This document shows positions 13,837 through 23,256 of a stretch of DNA of 64,000 nt, one piece after another. The stretch spans positions 11,617 through 75,616 of the forward strand of contig JAONQW010000001.1 in assembly GCA_028412835.1 (NCBI GenBank), read 5' to 3'. The DNA is from Candidatus Pelagibacterales bacterium (GTDB lineage Bacteria; Pseudomonadota; Alphaproteobacteria; Pelagibacterales; AG-422-B15). The translations under genes were made by a program, and so were the position numbers. Numbering within the stretch: position 1 is the stretch's first letter; every line of letters begins with the position of its first letter. Under the pieces are notes generated by a model that searched no databases, was not told the origin of the DNA, and saw only the letters and a program-made list of their open reading frames with translations.

Positions 13837-15291
13837 ATGGGTTTAGGTGGAATTTCAATAAAAAATAGTTTAGCTGATACTTCTTTTGAGACAATGCAAG
13901 ATAAGCTTTTAAATCTTAAAAAACCTTTTTTAAAAAGCTTCAATCCAACAGTAGAATCTAGAAAAGACCGTATTCGTCGCATTATTAAACTTATTGAAGA
14001 AAATTCTGAAAATATTCATAAAGCAATATCAAAAGATTTTGGTTCTAGGCATGAGCAGTTGAGCCAGTTAACTGATACGCTCTCTACAGTTGCACATGGA
14101 AAACACGTGCTTAAAAAAATTAACTCATGGGTTAAGCCAGATAAACGCAAAGCTAGGTTTCCACTTAATTTGTTAGGTTCAAAAGCTCTTGTACACCATC
14201 AACCTTATGGTGTTGTTGGAATAATATCACCTTGGAATTTTCCTGTTGCCTTGTCTCTTGGACCATTAATAGAGGTATTTGCAGCTGGCAACAATGCAAT
14301 GATGAAATTGTCTGAGTTTGTACCTGAAACTTCTAAACTAATGGCTGATCTAGTTAATAAATATTTTTCTGAAGATGAATTAGTAATTATAAATGGTGGA
14401 ACTCAAACTTCAGTAGATTTTACAACACTAGACTTTGATCATTTGCTTTATACTGGTTCAACCGCTGTAGGAAAAAAAGTGTGTGCAGCTGCAGCAAATA
14501 ATTTAGTACCAGTTACAATGGAGCTTGGTGGAAAATCACCAGTAGTTGTTAGCAATCAGTCAAATTTAAAAAAGAGTGTGAATCAAATTATGACTGGTAA
14601 AACAGTCAATGCGGGCCAAATCTGTGTAGCCCCAGACTATGCATTTGTTCCCACTGAGTCTCAAGATGAATTTGTTTCTCTTGCTAGAGACTTTGTAAAA
14701 AATTCATTTCCAACAATTAAAAATAACCCTGATTATACGTCCATCATTCACTTGAACCATTATGATAGACTAAATGCATTAATTGAAGATGCAAAAAATA
14801 AGGGTGCAACTGTAGTAGAATTAAACCCTGCTAATGAAGATTTTAGTCAGCAAGAACATCATAAAATACCACCAACTCTAATCTTGAATCCAACAGATGA
14901 TATGGATGTTATGAAAGAAGAAATATTTGGTCCAATCATGCCGATTAAGACGTACTCAAACTTTAATGAAGTTGTAGAATATATAAATTTCCAACCAAAG
15001 GCATTAGCTGTTTATTATTTTGGAGATAACAATAAAGAAATGAATACTGTCATAAATGATACTTCGTCTGGCCAAGCTGTGATGAACGAGTGGGGATTTC
15101 AATATGCATTTGAAGATTTACCATTTGGTGGAGTTGGTCCTAGCGGCTCAGGTGCATATCATGGTAAAGAAGGGTTTTTAAATTTTAGTCATAATAAGGC
15201 TGTCTTAAAAGGCCAAAAACTAATTAATCTATGGTCATTAATTGGGGCACCTTTTACTGAAAAAACAGACAAGATGGCTAAAAAGTTTTAA
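13837..15291 (+). CDS. NAD(P)-dependent aldehyde dehydrogenase (class-3 / coniferyl-aldehyde-DH-like)
   Basis: 484 aa with ELGGKSP and a catalytic Cys context (GQICVAPDY). GAGGA lies 9 nt upstream of the ATG. Confidence 0.88.
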   Translation: MGLGGISIKNSLADTSFETMQDKLLNLKKPFLKSFNPTVESRKDRIRRIIKLIEENSENIHKAISKDFGSRHEQLSQLTDTLSTVAHGKHVLKKINSWVKPDKRKARFPLNLLGSKALVHHQPYGVVGIISPWNFPVALSLGPLIEVFAAGNNAMMKLSEFVPETSKLMADLVNKYFSEDELVIINGGTQTSVDFTTLDFDHLLYTGSTAVGKKVCAAAANNLVPVTMELGGKSPVVVSNQSNLKKSVNQIMTGKTVNAGQICVAPDYAFVPTESQDEFVSLARDFVKNSFPTIKNNPDYTSIIHLNHYDRLNALIEDAKNKGATVVELNPANEDFSQQEHHKIPPTLILNPTDDMDVMKEEIFGPIMPIKTYSNFNEVVEYINFQPKALAVYYFGDNNKEMNTVINDTSSGQAVMNEWGFQYAFEDLPFGGVGPSGSGAYHGKEGFLNFSHNKAVLKGQKLINLWSLIGAPFTEKTDKMAKKF

Positions 15292-15293
15292 TC

Positions 15294-17291
15294 TTATAAA
15301 ACTGTCTCAGCTGAAGCCTTTTTAGAATTCTCTTGAATAAATTTAAACCTTAATTCAGGTTTTTTGCCCATTAGTGCCTCAACACTTTTTTCGGTCTTCT
15401 TTTTATCGCTCTTAATAATTTCAACCTTTAGTAAAATTCTATTCTCTGGAGACATAGTAGTTTCTTTTAGTTGAGCTGGCATCATTTCACCCAAACCTTT
15501 AAACCTGCTTATGTCCACATTTTGAGAATTTTTAAACTCACTTTTAATTAATCTATCTTTATCTTTGTCATCAGTAGCATAAAAAACTTTTGGACCCTTG
15601 GATATTTTATAAAGTGGGGGAACAGCTAAATACAAATGGCCATCTTCTATTAATTTAGGATATTCACTGTAAAAAAAAGACATAATTAAAGTCGATATAT
15701 GAGCACCATCAACGTCAGCATCAGTCATAACTATTATTTTTTCATACCTAAGTTCTTTTGAACTATATTTATCGCCACGCTTACAACCTATAGCTTGAAT
15801 TAAATCGATTATTTCTTGATTTGCATTAATTTTATCTTTGGTGGCACTAATTACATTTAAAATCTTTCCCCTAAGCGGAAGTATTGCTTGTGTTACACGA
15901 TTTCGAGCTTGTTTCGCAGAACCACCCGCAGAGTCACCCTCCACTAAGAAAAGTTCAGTTCCCTTATTGCCGTCCTTTGAGCAGTCAGCTAACTTTCCAG
16001 GCAACATTACTCTTTTTCTTTTAATTTGTTTTTCAATGTTTTGATTAGATTTATTTTGAAGTCTTATTTGAGATCTGTTGTATGCATAGTTAAATAAAAT
16101 TTCAGCAGTTTGACGTCTTTTTGCAAGCCAAGCTTCAAATAATTGTCTCACTTTTAATTCAATATTTTTACCAGGCTCCACACTTGAAAGCTTTTCTTTT
16201 GTTTGCCCTTGAAATTCTGGATTTTCAATAAAAATAGATAATATAGAAGCTGATGATCCAAATAAATCCTCTTGATTAATTTGATTAGATTTTTTTTCAT
16301 ATTTTATTTTTGAATAGTCTTTAAAAGCTTTAAACATACCTTGTTTATATCCATTTTCATGTGTCCCCCCTTGTGGTGTCAGTATTGTATTGCAGTACGA
16401 GTTAGCAATAGGTTCAAAAAACTCATACCAATTAATTATAGCCTCAATACTTTCATCACCATTAAGTTTCTCATTGATGTAAAAATTTTCTTCAATTACT
16501 GATTCATTTTTTTCAGTAATAGTATCTAGATAGTCACTTATACCATTTGAATAATGAAGCTTATCAGAAATAGGAATATTTTTTCCAACAAGTGCCTTTG
16601 GACAACTCCAATTAATTTCTACATTTGGGATTAAATAGGCTTTAGCTTTTGCCATATTGTAAATTATAGATGAATCAAAATCAGTGCCATCATTAAAAAT
16701 TATAGGATCAGGAGTAAATGTAATTTTAGTTCCTTTTTTAATTGAATTTTTAGTAACAGTTTTTAGTTTAGTCTTAGGTGAACCTTGCGAATATGTTTGA
16801 ATATAAAACTTTTTATCTCTTGAAATTTCAAGTGTAAGATTAATTGAAAGTGCATTTACAACTGATACTCCGACACCATGTAAGCCACCTGAAGTCTTAT
16901 AGTTTCCTTCACTAAACTTGCCTCCTGAATGTAAGGTAGTCATTATTACTTCAGCAGCAGGAATTTTAAATTTAGGATGTTTATCAACAGGAATGCCTCT
17001 TCCATTATCAGAAATTTCAATTGTATTTGAATTAATTAATTTGATTTCAACCTTATTAGCATATCCTGCTACGACTTCGTCCATAGAGTTGTCTAAAACT
17101 TCACTAACTAGATGATGCAGGGCAGTTGCATCGGTTCCACCAATGTACATTCCAGGGCGTTTTCTTACTGGCTCTAGTCCCTCTAAAACTTCTATATCCT
17201 TTGCTGTATAATTTGATTTGAGTGTGGAAACAGATTTTTTATTGATAATCTTCCTTTTGATAGGCTTTTTTTTATTACTTTTTTTTGGCAT
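15294..17291 (-). CDS. parE: DNA topoisomerase IV subunit B
   Basis: 665 aa with a GHKL ATPase N-terminus, Toprim EGDSAGG and PLRGKILNV. It lacks the roughly 170-aa insertion and the length of proteobacterial GyrB. Confidence 0.85.
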   Translation of the reverse strand: MPKKSNKKKPIKRKIINKKSVSTLKSNYTAKDIEVLEGLEPVRKRPGMYIGGTDATALHHLVSEVLDNSMDEVVAGYANKVEIKLINSNTIEISDNGRGIPVDKHPKFKIPAAEVIMTTLHSGGKFSEGNYKTSGGLHGVGVSVVNALSINLTLEISRDKKFYIQTYSQGSPKTKLKTVTKNSIKKGTKITFTPDPIIFNDGTDFDSSIIYNMAKAKAYLIPNVEINWSCPKALVGKNIPISDKLHYSNGISDYLDTITEKNESVIEENFYINEKLNGDESIEAIINWYEFFEPIANSYCNTILTPQGGTHENGYKQGMFKAFKDYSKIKYEKKSNQINQEDLFGSSASILSIFIENPEFQGQTKEKLSSVEPGKNIELKVRQLFEAWLAKRRQTAEILFNYAYNRSQIRLQNKSNQNIEKQIKRKRVMLPGKLADCSKDGNKGTELFLVEGDSAGGSAKQARNRVTQAILPLRGKILNVISATKDKINANQEIIDLIQAIGCKRGDKYSSKELRYEKIIVMTDADVDGAHISTLIMSFFYSEYPKLIEDGHLYLAVPPLYKISKGPKVFYATDDKDKDRLIKSEFKNSQNVDISRFKGLGEMMPAQLKETTMSPENRILLKVEIIKSDKKKTEKSVEALMGKKPELRFKFIQENSKKASAETVL

Positions 17292-17370
17292 AGGCTTAGT
17301 AATTAATTATATACTTTAGATTCTTTACATTGTGTATTATTAAAATACTCTAAAATAATAAAAATTTATT

Positions 17371-18990
17371 ATGCCTGTTATTGAATCTAAAATAATGATT
17401 AACACCAAAGCTTTCAAAAAGAATGCTGAAGATCATACAAAATTAATAGATGAATTTAGATTGTTAGAAAAAAAAGTTTCTGACAATTCTTCACGTGCTA
17501 AACCCAAATTCGATAAAAGAAATCAGTTGTTACCTAGGGAAAGAGTAAAAAGATTGCTTGATCCTGGAAGCTATTATTTACCTATTTCAACATTAGCTGG
17601 CTATAAAATGGGTGATGATGATGGTGACAAAAATATTATGGGAGGCAATTCTGTAAGTGGTATTGGTATTGTTGAAGGTGTTAGATGTATGGTTACCGCA
17701 TCAGACTCAGGCATTAAAGGTGGTTCAATGACTCAAATGGGTGTTGAAAAAAGTTTGAGGTGTGCTGAAATTGTAAAAGAAAATAAACTTCCAATGATTA
17801 ATTTAGTTGAAAGTGCAGGAGCAAACTTACTAAAACAATCTGAAGTTTTCATTCGAGGTGGCCGAAGTTTTGCGAACCTTGCCAAAATGAGTGCAATAGG
17901 TATTCCAACAATATCAATTGTTCATGGATCTTCTACTGCTGGTGGTGCTTATTTGCCTGGTTTATCAGATCAGGTTATTGTTGTTAAAAATAAGTCAAAA
18001 ATATTTTTAGCTGGGCCTCCATTGCTAAAAGCTGCATTGGGTGAAATTGCAACTGATGAAGAGCTTGGTGGTGCCGACATGCATTACACCATATCAGGTC
18101 TAGCTGAACATATGGCCAAAGATGATGATGATGCAATTAAAGTATGTAGAGATGTAGTTAAGAATCTTGGATGGAATGATAATTTTGTATCAACACAAAA
18201 ATATGATTTTAAGGAACCAATATATTCTCCAGACGAACTTATAGGTGTTGTACCAACAGATTATAAAAAAAGTTATGACGTAAGAGAAGTAATTGCAAGA
18301 ATAGTCGACGGTTCTGAATTTCTAGATTTTAAACCAGAATTTGGTAAACAAATTGTTACAGGCACAGCCGCAATTCATGGATACAAAATTGGTATTGTTG
18401 GAAATAATGGCCCAATATTTGCTGACGGCGCTGTGAAGGCTGCTCAGTTTATTCAACTGTGTTCTAAATCAAATATTCCACTGATATTTCTACAAAATAC
18501 AACTGGTTATATGGTTGGTACTAGGGAAGAAAGTAAGGGGATTATAAAACACGGTTCAAAAATGATTCAAGCCGTTACTAATTGCACGGTGCCAAAAATT
18601 ACACTTCGTATTGGTGCATCATTTGGTGCGGGAGAATATGGAATGGCAGGGAGGTCTTTTGACCCTAGATTTATGTTTTCTTGGCCAAATAATAAACTAA
18701 GTGTCATGGGTGGTGAACAAGCAGGTAAAACTATGTCCCAAGTTGCAACAGAGTCTGCTAAGCGAAGAGGGGAAGAACCAAACATGGAAATGATAAAAGC
18801 TATAGAACAAAAAATTATTGATACATATAGTGAAGAAGGTGAAGCACTTTTTGCGACAGCAAGGCTTTGGGATGATGGAATTATTGATCCACGCGACACT
18901 AGAAAAGTATTAGCTGAGTGTTTAAATATTGTTTCAGATGCTGGAAAAAGAGAGCTACGCCCAAGTACTTTTGGCGTTGCAAGAATGTAA
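17371..18990 (+). CDS. acyl-CoA carboxylase carboxyltransferase (beta) subunit, methylcrotonyl-/geranyl-CoA carboxylase type
   Basis: 539 aa with two crotonase-like CT halves. The N-terminal region and length match MCCase beta / AtuC-LiuB type. Confidence 0.85.
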   Translation: MPVIESKIMINTKAFKKNAEDHTKLIDEFRLLEKKVSDNSSRAKPKFDKRNQLLPRERVKRLLDPGSYYLPISTLAGYKMGDDDGDKNIMGGNSVSGIGIVEGVRCMVTASDSGIKGGSMTQMGVEKSLRCAEIVKENKLPMINLVESAGANLLKQSEVFIRGGRSFANLAKMSAIGIPTISIVHGSSTAGGAYLPGLSDQVIVVKNKSKIFLAGPPLLKAALGEIATDEELGGADMHYTISGLAEHMAKDDDDAIKVCRDVVKNLGWNDNFVSTQKYDFKEPIYSPDELIGVVPTDYKKSYDVREVIARIVDGSEFLDFKPEFGKQIVTGTAAIHGYKIGIVGNNGPIFADGAVKAAQFIQLCSKSNIPLIFLQNTTGYMVGTREESKGIIKHGSKMIQAVTNCTVPKITLRIGASFGAGEYGMAGRSFDPRFMFSWPNNKLSVMGGEQAGKTMSQVATESAKRRGEEPNMEMIKAIEQKIIDTYSEEGEALFATARLWDDGIIDPRDTRKVLAECLNIVSDAGKRELRPSTFGVARM

Positions 18991-18991
18991 A

Positions 18992-20167
18992 TTAATTTTT
19001 TCCTGGCAAAATATCGAGATATTTAGAAATTATACCAAGCATAATTTCGTCAGCACCACCACCAATTGATCCTAGTCTACCATCTCTAAATCTTCTAGAT
19101 ATTGAGGTTTCATCCATATAGCCCATGCCACCCCAGTATTGTAAACATGAATCATTTACTTCTCTTGCTAGTCTTGTTGATTTTAGTTTTGACATAGAAG
19201 CAAGCTTTGTACAATCACCGCCGTTAACATGAATCTCAATACCTTTCCAAGTTAAAGCTTTCAGCGCTTCTACTTCTGTCATTAATTCGGATAATCTAAA
19301 ATGAACTATTTGATTATCTAAAATTGGTTTTCCAAAAGTTTTTCTTTGTCGTGTATATTCAATTGTTTCTGCGATTGCTAATTCACACCCTGCATAATTG
19401 CCAATTGCTGCATAGAGCCTTTCTTCTTGAAATTGCATCATTTGATATACAAAGCCTTGGCCTTCTTCTCCAATAAGATTTTTTGTTGGTACTCTTACAT
19501 CATCAAAAAATATTTCAGCAGTATCAGATGAGTTCATACCTAATTTTTTTAGCTTTCTATTTATAGTAACACCTTTAACCCTTTTACCATTTTCTTTTAA
19601 AGGAACACATATCAAGGATTTATTTAGATGTTTGTTTGTGCTGGCACTATCAGTGTTAACCAACATACACATCCAGTCTGCTTGAGTTCCATTTGTAATC
19701 CACATTTTTGATCCATTGATAACATAATCATCTCCATCTTTAACTGCAGTGGTTTTAATTGCTGCCACATCAGAGCCTGCATGAGGTTCAGAGACTCCAA
19801 TGCAAGATACAAAATCACCAGTAATTGAAGGTTTTAAAAATTCATTACATACATATTCGGAACCAAATCTTGCAAGAGCAGGTGTTGACATGTCGGTTTG
19901 AACACCAATTGCCATTGGTACGCCTCCGCAGTTAATAGTAGCTAAGGCTTCATTTAAAACTGCTCCATAAGAGTAATCAAGACCAGCGCCACCATATTTT
20001 TCAGGCTTAGTTATGCCTAATAAACCTTGGTCACCAAGTTTTTTAAAAATTTCATGAGCTGGAAATATTTCAGCTTCTTCCCATGCATCTACATGTGGAT
20101 TTATTTCACTTTCTACAAATTTTATTGCAGAACGCTTTAGCTCTTCATGTTCAGTAGTGAGTTCCAT
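18992..20167 (-). CDS. acyl-CoA dehydrogenase
   Basis: 391 aa with an ACAD three-domain pattern (GVSEPHAGSD, KMWITNG, C-terminal YEG-like IGGGADEI). Confidence 0.9.
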   Translation of the reverse strand: MELTTEHEELKRSAIKFVESEINPHVDAWEEAEIFPAHEIFKKLGDQGLLGITKPEKYGGAGLDYSYGAVLNEALATINCGGVPMAIGVQTDMSTPALARFGSEYVCNEFLKPSITGDFVSCIGVSEPHAGSDVAAIKTTAVKDGDDYVINGSKMWITNGTQADWMCMLVNTDSASTNKHLNKSLICVPLKENGKRVKGVTINRKLKKLGMNSSDTAEIFFDDVRVPTKNLIGEEGQGFVYQMMQFQEERLYAAIGNYAGCELAIAETIEYTRQRKTFGKPILDNQIVHFRLSELMTEVEALKALTWKGIEIHVNGGDCTKLASMSKLKSTRLAREVNDSCLQYWGGMGYMDETSISRRFRDGRLGSIGGGADEIMLGIISKYLDILPGKN

Positions 20168-20230
20168 TGTTATTACTTTATATTATCGTAATATAAATAT
20201 AACCCCCTTTTTTTTGTTAAAAGGAAGTGA

Positions 20231-21640
20231 TTATACACTAAAATAGTTTTTGAACTCGATTGGATGAGGTGAATGCTCAAGATCGTAAACATCTTGCATC
20301 TTTAATTCAATGTAACCATCAATTTGATCGTCAGTAAATACGCCACCTGCAGTTAGAAAAGCTCTATCTGCATCCAATGATTCTAATGCTTCTCTTAATG
20401 AGCCACAAACCGTTGGAAGTTTTGATACCTCGGCTTCAGGTAATTCATATAGATCTTGATCGGAAGCATCACCGGGATGAATTTTATTCTTAATTCCATC
20501 CATGCCAGCCATAACCATAGCAGCGAAAGCTAAGTAAGGATTTGCTGTTGGGTCCGGAAATCTAACTTCAACTCTTTTACCTTTTGGGCTATCTGAATGT
20601 GGAATTCTACAAGCGGCAGATCTATTTCGTGCTGAATAAACAAGAATAACGGGAGCTTCAAAACCTGGTATTAATCTCTTGTAACTATTTGTACTTGCAT
20701 TAGTAAATGCGTTGAGTGCTTTTCCATGTTTAATAATTCCACCAATATAATGCAATGCAGTTTCAGATAAGCCTGCGTAAGACTCACCTGCAAATAATGG
20801 TTTACCATCTTTCCATATAGATTGATGTACATGCATACCTGAACCATTATCTCCTTTAATAGGCTTTGGCATAAATGTTGCAGTTTTTCCAAATGAGTTT
20901 GCCACCATATGAACACCATATTTATACAGTTGTATTGCATCTCCTTGTTTTAGAAGAGTATCAAATATTAAGCCTAGTTCATGTTGACTTGGGGCTACTT
21001 CGTGGTGATGTTTTTCCATTTTAAGTCCTAAATTTTTAAGTTCTTCCAAAAATTCAGTCCGTATATCTTGTGCGCTATCAACAGGTGGGACGGGAAAATA
21101 ACCTCCTTTGACACCTGGTCTATGTCCAAGGTTACCACTTTCATAATTTCTACTACTATTGTAGGGACCTTCAGTGCTATCAATTTCAAAACTTGACTTA
21201 TTCATTTCAACTTGAAATTTAACATCATCAAAAACAAAAAACTCAGCTTCAGGACCTACATAAATTGTATCCCCAACACCACTAGATTTTACAAATGCTT
21301 CCGCTTTTTTTGCAGTTCCTCGTGGATCTCTCTCGTAAGGCTCTTTAGTAACTGCATCAAGAATGTCACAAAACAACATCATAGTTGGCTGAGCAGTAAA
21401 TGGATCCATTACTAATGTAGACAGGTCCGGTTTCAAGACCATGTCTGACTCGTTGATGGGTTTCCACCCTGCAATAGAAGAGCCGTCAAAAAATGTTCCT
21501 TCGTTTAGAAAATCCTCATCAACAATAGTTCCGTCCATTGTTAGATGTTGCCACTTCCCCTTCACATCAGTGAATCTGAGATCCAAATACTTGGCACCAG
21601 AGTCTTTAATCACCTTTAGAGCTTCGCTTGCAGTTGTCAT
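20231..21640 (-). CDS. glnA: glutamine synthetase type I
   Basis: 469 aa with GSGMHVHQS, NSYKRL and an adenylylation-loop-like DLYELP. Confidence 0.96.
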   Translation of the reverse strand: MTTASEALKVIKDSGAKYLDLRFTDVKGKWQHLTMDGTIVDEDFLNEGTFFDGSSIAGWKPINESDMVLKPDLSTLVMDPFTAQPTMMLFCDILDAVTKEPYERDPRGTAKKAEAFVKSSGVGDTIYVGPEAEFFVFDDVKFQVEMNKSSFEIDSTEGPYNSSRNYESGNLGHRPGVKGGYFPVPPVDSAQDIRTEFLEELKNLGLKMEKHHHEVAPSQHELGLIFDTLLKQGDAIQLYKYGVHMVANSFGKTATFMPKPIKGDNGSGMHVHQSIWKDGKPLFAGESYAGLSETALHYIGGIIKHGKALNAFTNASTNSYKRLIPGFEAPVILVYSARNRSAACRIPHSDSPKGKRVEVRFPDPTANPYLAFAAMVMAGMDGIKNKIHPGDASDQDLYELPEAEVSKLPTVCGSLREALESLDADRAFLTAGGVFTDDQIDGYIELKMQDVYDLEHSPHPIEFKNYFSV

Positions 21641-21715
21641 TACGTTAAATTTCCCTTAATTAAAAATTAACCTACAACAGTTCTACTTTTTTTTAAAGTA
21701 TGTCTTTGATTCTTA

Positions 21716-22693
21716 TTAGATTAAAGTACCAACAATATGTGACAGTATCTTATATGGATCTGCATTTGATGCAGGCCTTCTATCCTCTAAATATCCATTC
21801 CAATTGTGTTCAACTGTGTATACAGGAATACGTATACTTGCACCTCTGTCACTAACACCATAAGAAAACTGATCAATACTTTGAGTTTCATGAAGCCCTG
21901 TAAGTCTCATATCATTGTCGGAACCATATGAAGCAATACCATCAGCATGCACTTTGCCTAATTTTTCACACATCGATGAAAATAGCTCTTCAGATCCAGC
22001 ACTTCTCATTGCTTCATTGGAAAAGTTTGTGTGCATACCTGACCCATTCCAATCTCCAGTTTTAGGTTTTGGATGAATGTTAACGCCGACACCATGTTCT
22101 TCGGCAATTTTAAATAATAAATATCTACTTATCCATAAATCGTCTGCAGCTTTAATACCTTTTCCAAAACACTGATATTCCCATTGACCAAGTGCAACCT
22201 CTGCATTTGTTCCTGTTAAAGTTATGCCTATATCTATACATGCTTGAAGGTGAGCATCAGAAATTTTTCTTCCAACAACATTGCCTGCACCAACTCCACA
22301 ATAGTATTCTCCTTGTTCTTTTGGAATACCATCTTGCCAACCAAGCGGCTCTCCAGTTCTAGCATCAGTGAAGAAAAATTCTTGTTCGAAACCAAACCAC
22401 CATTCATCAGTAACAATTTCAGCAGCAGCAGCTCTGAAATTTGACGGATGAGTTTTATGATCTGCAGATTGAACTTGTGTCATAACTAAATCATGTCCAT
22501 TTGGGTTAGAGTAGGTTTGTACTGGAAGAAGTAAGCAGTCGGAACTGCCACCCTCAGCCTGTTGAGTTGATGATCCATCAAACGACCAGTCTGGAGGAGA
22601 TGTTTCATCAGTTGCTTTTACTTTACTTCTCATGAAAGGTTCTGGTTTATAACCATCTAACCATATGTATTCGTATGTTTTAGTACTTGCCAT
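21716..22693 (-). CDS. glnII: glutamine synthetase type II (eukaryote-like GSII)
   Basis: 325 aa with EYIWLDG, FDGSSTQQAEG, WWFGFEQEFFF, NGSGMHTNFS, RGASIRIP and LEDRRP. Closely parallels rhizobial GlnII as I remember it. Confidence 0.92.
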   Translation of the reverse strand: MASTKTYEYIWLDGYKPEPFMRSKVKATDETSPPDWSFDGSSTQQAEGGSSDCLLLPVQTYSNPNGHDLVMTQVQSADHKTHPSNFRAAAAEIVTDEWWFGFEQEFFFTDARTGEPLGWQDGIPKEQGEYYCGVGAGNVVGRKISDAHLQACIDIGITLTGTNAEVALGQWEYQCFGKGIKAADDLWISRYLLFKIAEEHGVGVNIHPKPKTGDWNGSGMHTNFSNEAMRSAGSEELFSSMCEKLGKVHADGIASYGSDNDMRLTGLHETQSIDQFSYGVSDRGASIRIPVYTVEHNWNGYLEDRRPASNADPYKILSHIVGTLI

Positions 22694-22717
22694 TTTTTCT
22701 CTTTCTTATTTAAATTT

Positions 22718-23056
22718 TTATAATGCTTCTGATCCAGTTTCTCCAGTTCTTATTCTGATAACTGTTTCAATATTAGTAACAAAAATTTTACCGTCACCGA
22801 TTCTATTTGTGTTAGCAGATTTTTTTATTGCTTCAATTGCTGGCCACAACATATCGTCATCGACCACCAATTCAAGTTTCATTTTAGGAATAAAATCAAT
22901 CAAGTGTTCAGAGCCTCTGAATATTTCTTCTTTACCTTTTTGTCTTCCATATCCAACGGCTTCAACTACTGTCATACCTCTTACTCCGACTTCTTCTAAA
23001 GCCTCTTTGACATCATCAATCTTAAAAGGCTTTATAATGGCTTCAATTTTTTTCAT
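22718..23056 (-). CDS. glnB: nitrogen regulatory protein P-II (variant T-loop, His51)
   Basis: 112 aa and gapless against E. coli GlnB (MKKI.AIIKPFK.DDV, GDGKIF, IRIRTGE). T-loop reads GYGRQKGKEEIFRGSEHL. Confidence 0.95.
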   Translation of the reverse strand: MKKIEAIIKPFKIDDVKEALEEVGVRGMTVVEAVGYGRQKGKEEIFRGSEHLIDFIPKMKLELVVDDDMLWPAIEAIKKSANTNRIGDGKIFVTNIETVIRIRTGETGSEAL

Positions 23057-23256
23057 AATTTAAATAAGCTACTTAATTCGAACGTTAATTTAATCTGAAA
23101 AAAAGTATTCCCCAACACCAAATTTATATAAGTATCTGCTAGAAACTAACGTGATTACATGCCAATATGACATCTATTAATTAATTTATTATCAATTAAT
23201 AAATTATCTATTTTAATCAAGTAGATAGAAATATAACTTAATAATTAATATTAGTA

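Noticed and set aside
15294-17291. Calling this type IIA topoisomerase B subunit gyrB
   Set aside because: At 665 aa it lacks the large insertion and length (about 800 aa) of proteobacterial GyrB. ParE is the better fit, though a phylogeny would be needed for certainty.
22665-23063. 132-aa plus-strand ORF covering glnB
   Set aside because: It lies exactly antisense to a strongly supported PII gene. Its low-complexity S/I/L-rich translation is a shadow ORF typical of AT-rich DNA.
21641-23256. Glutamine riboswitch or sigma-54/NtrC promoter upstream of glnA, glnII or glnB
   Set aside because: I found no glnA-RNA core (the GGAAGUAGG-type segment) and no TGGCAC-N5-TTGC element. The spacers are nearly pure AT.
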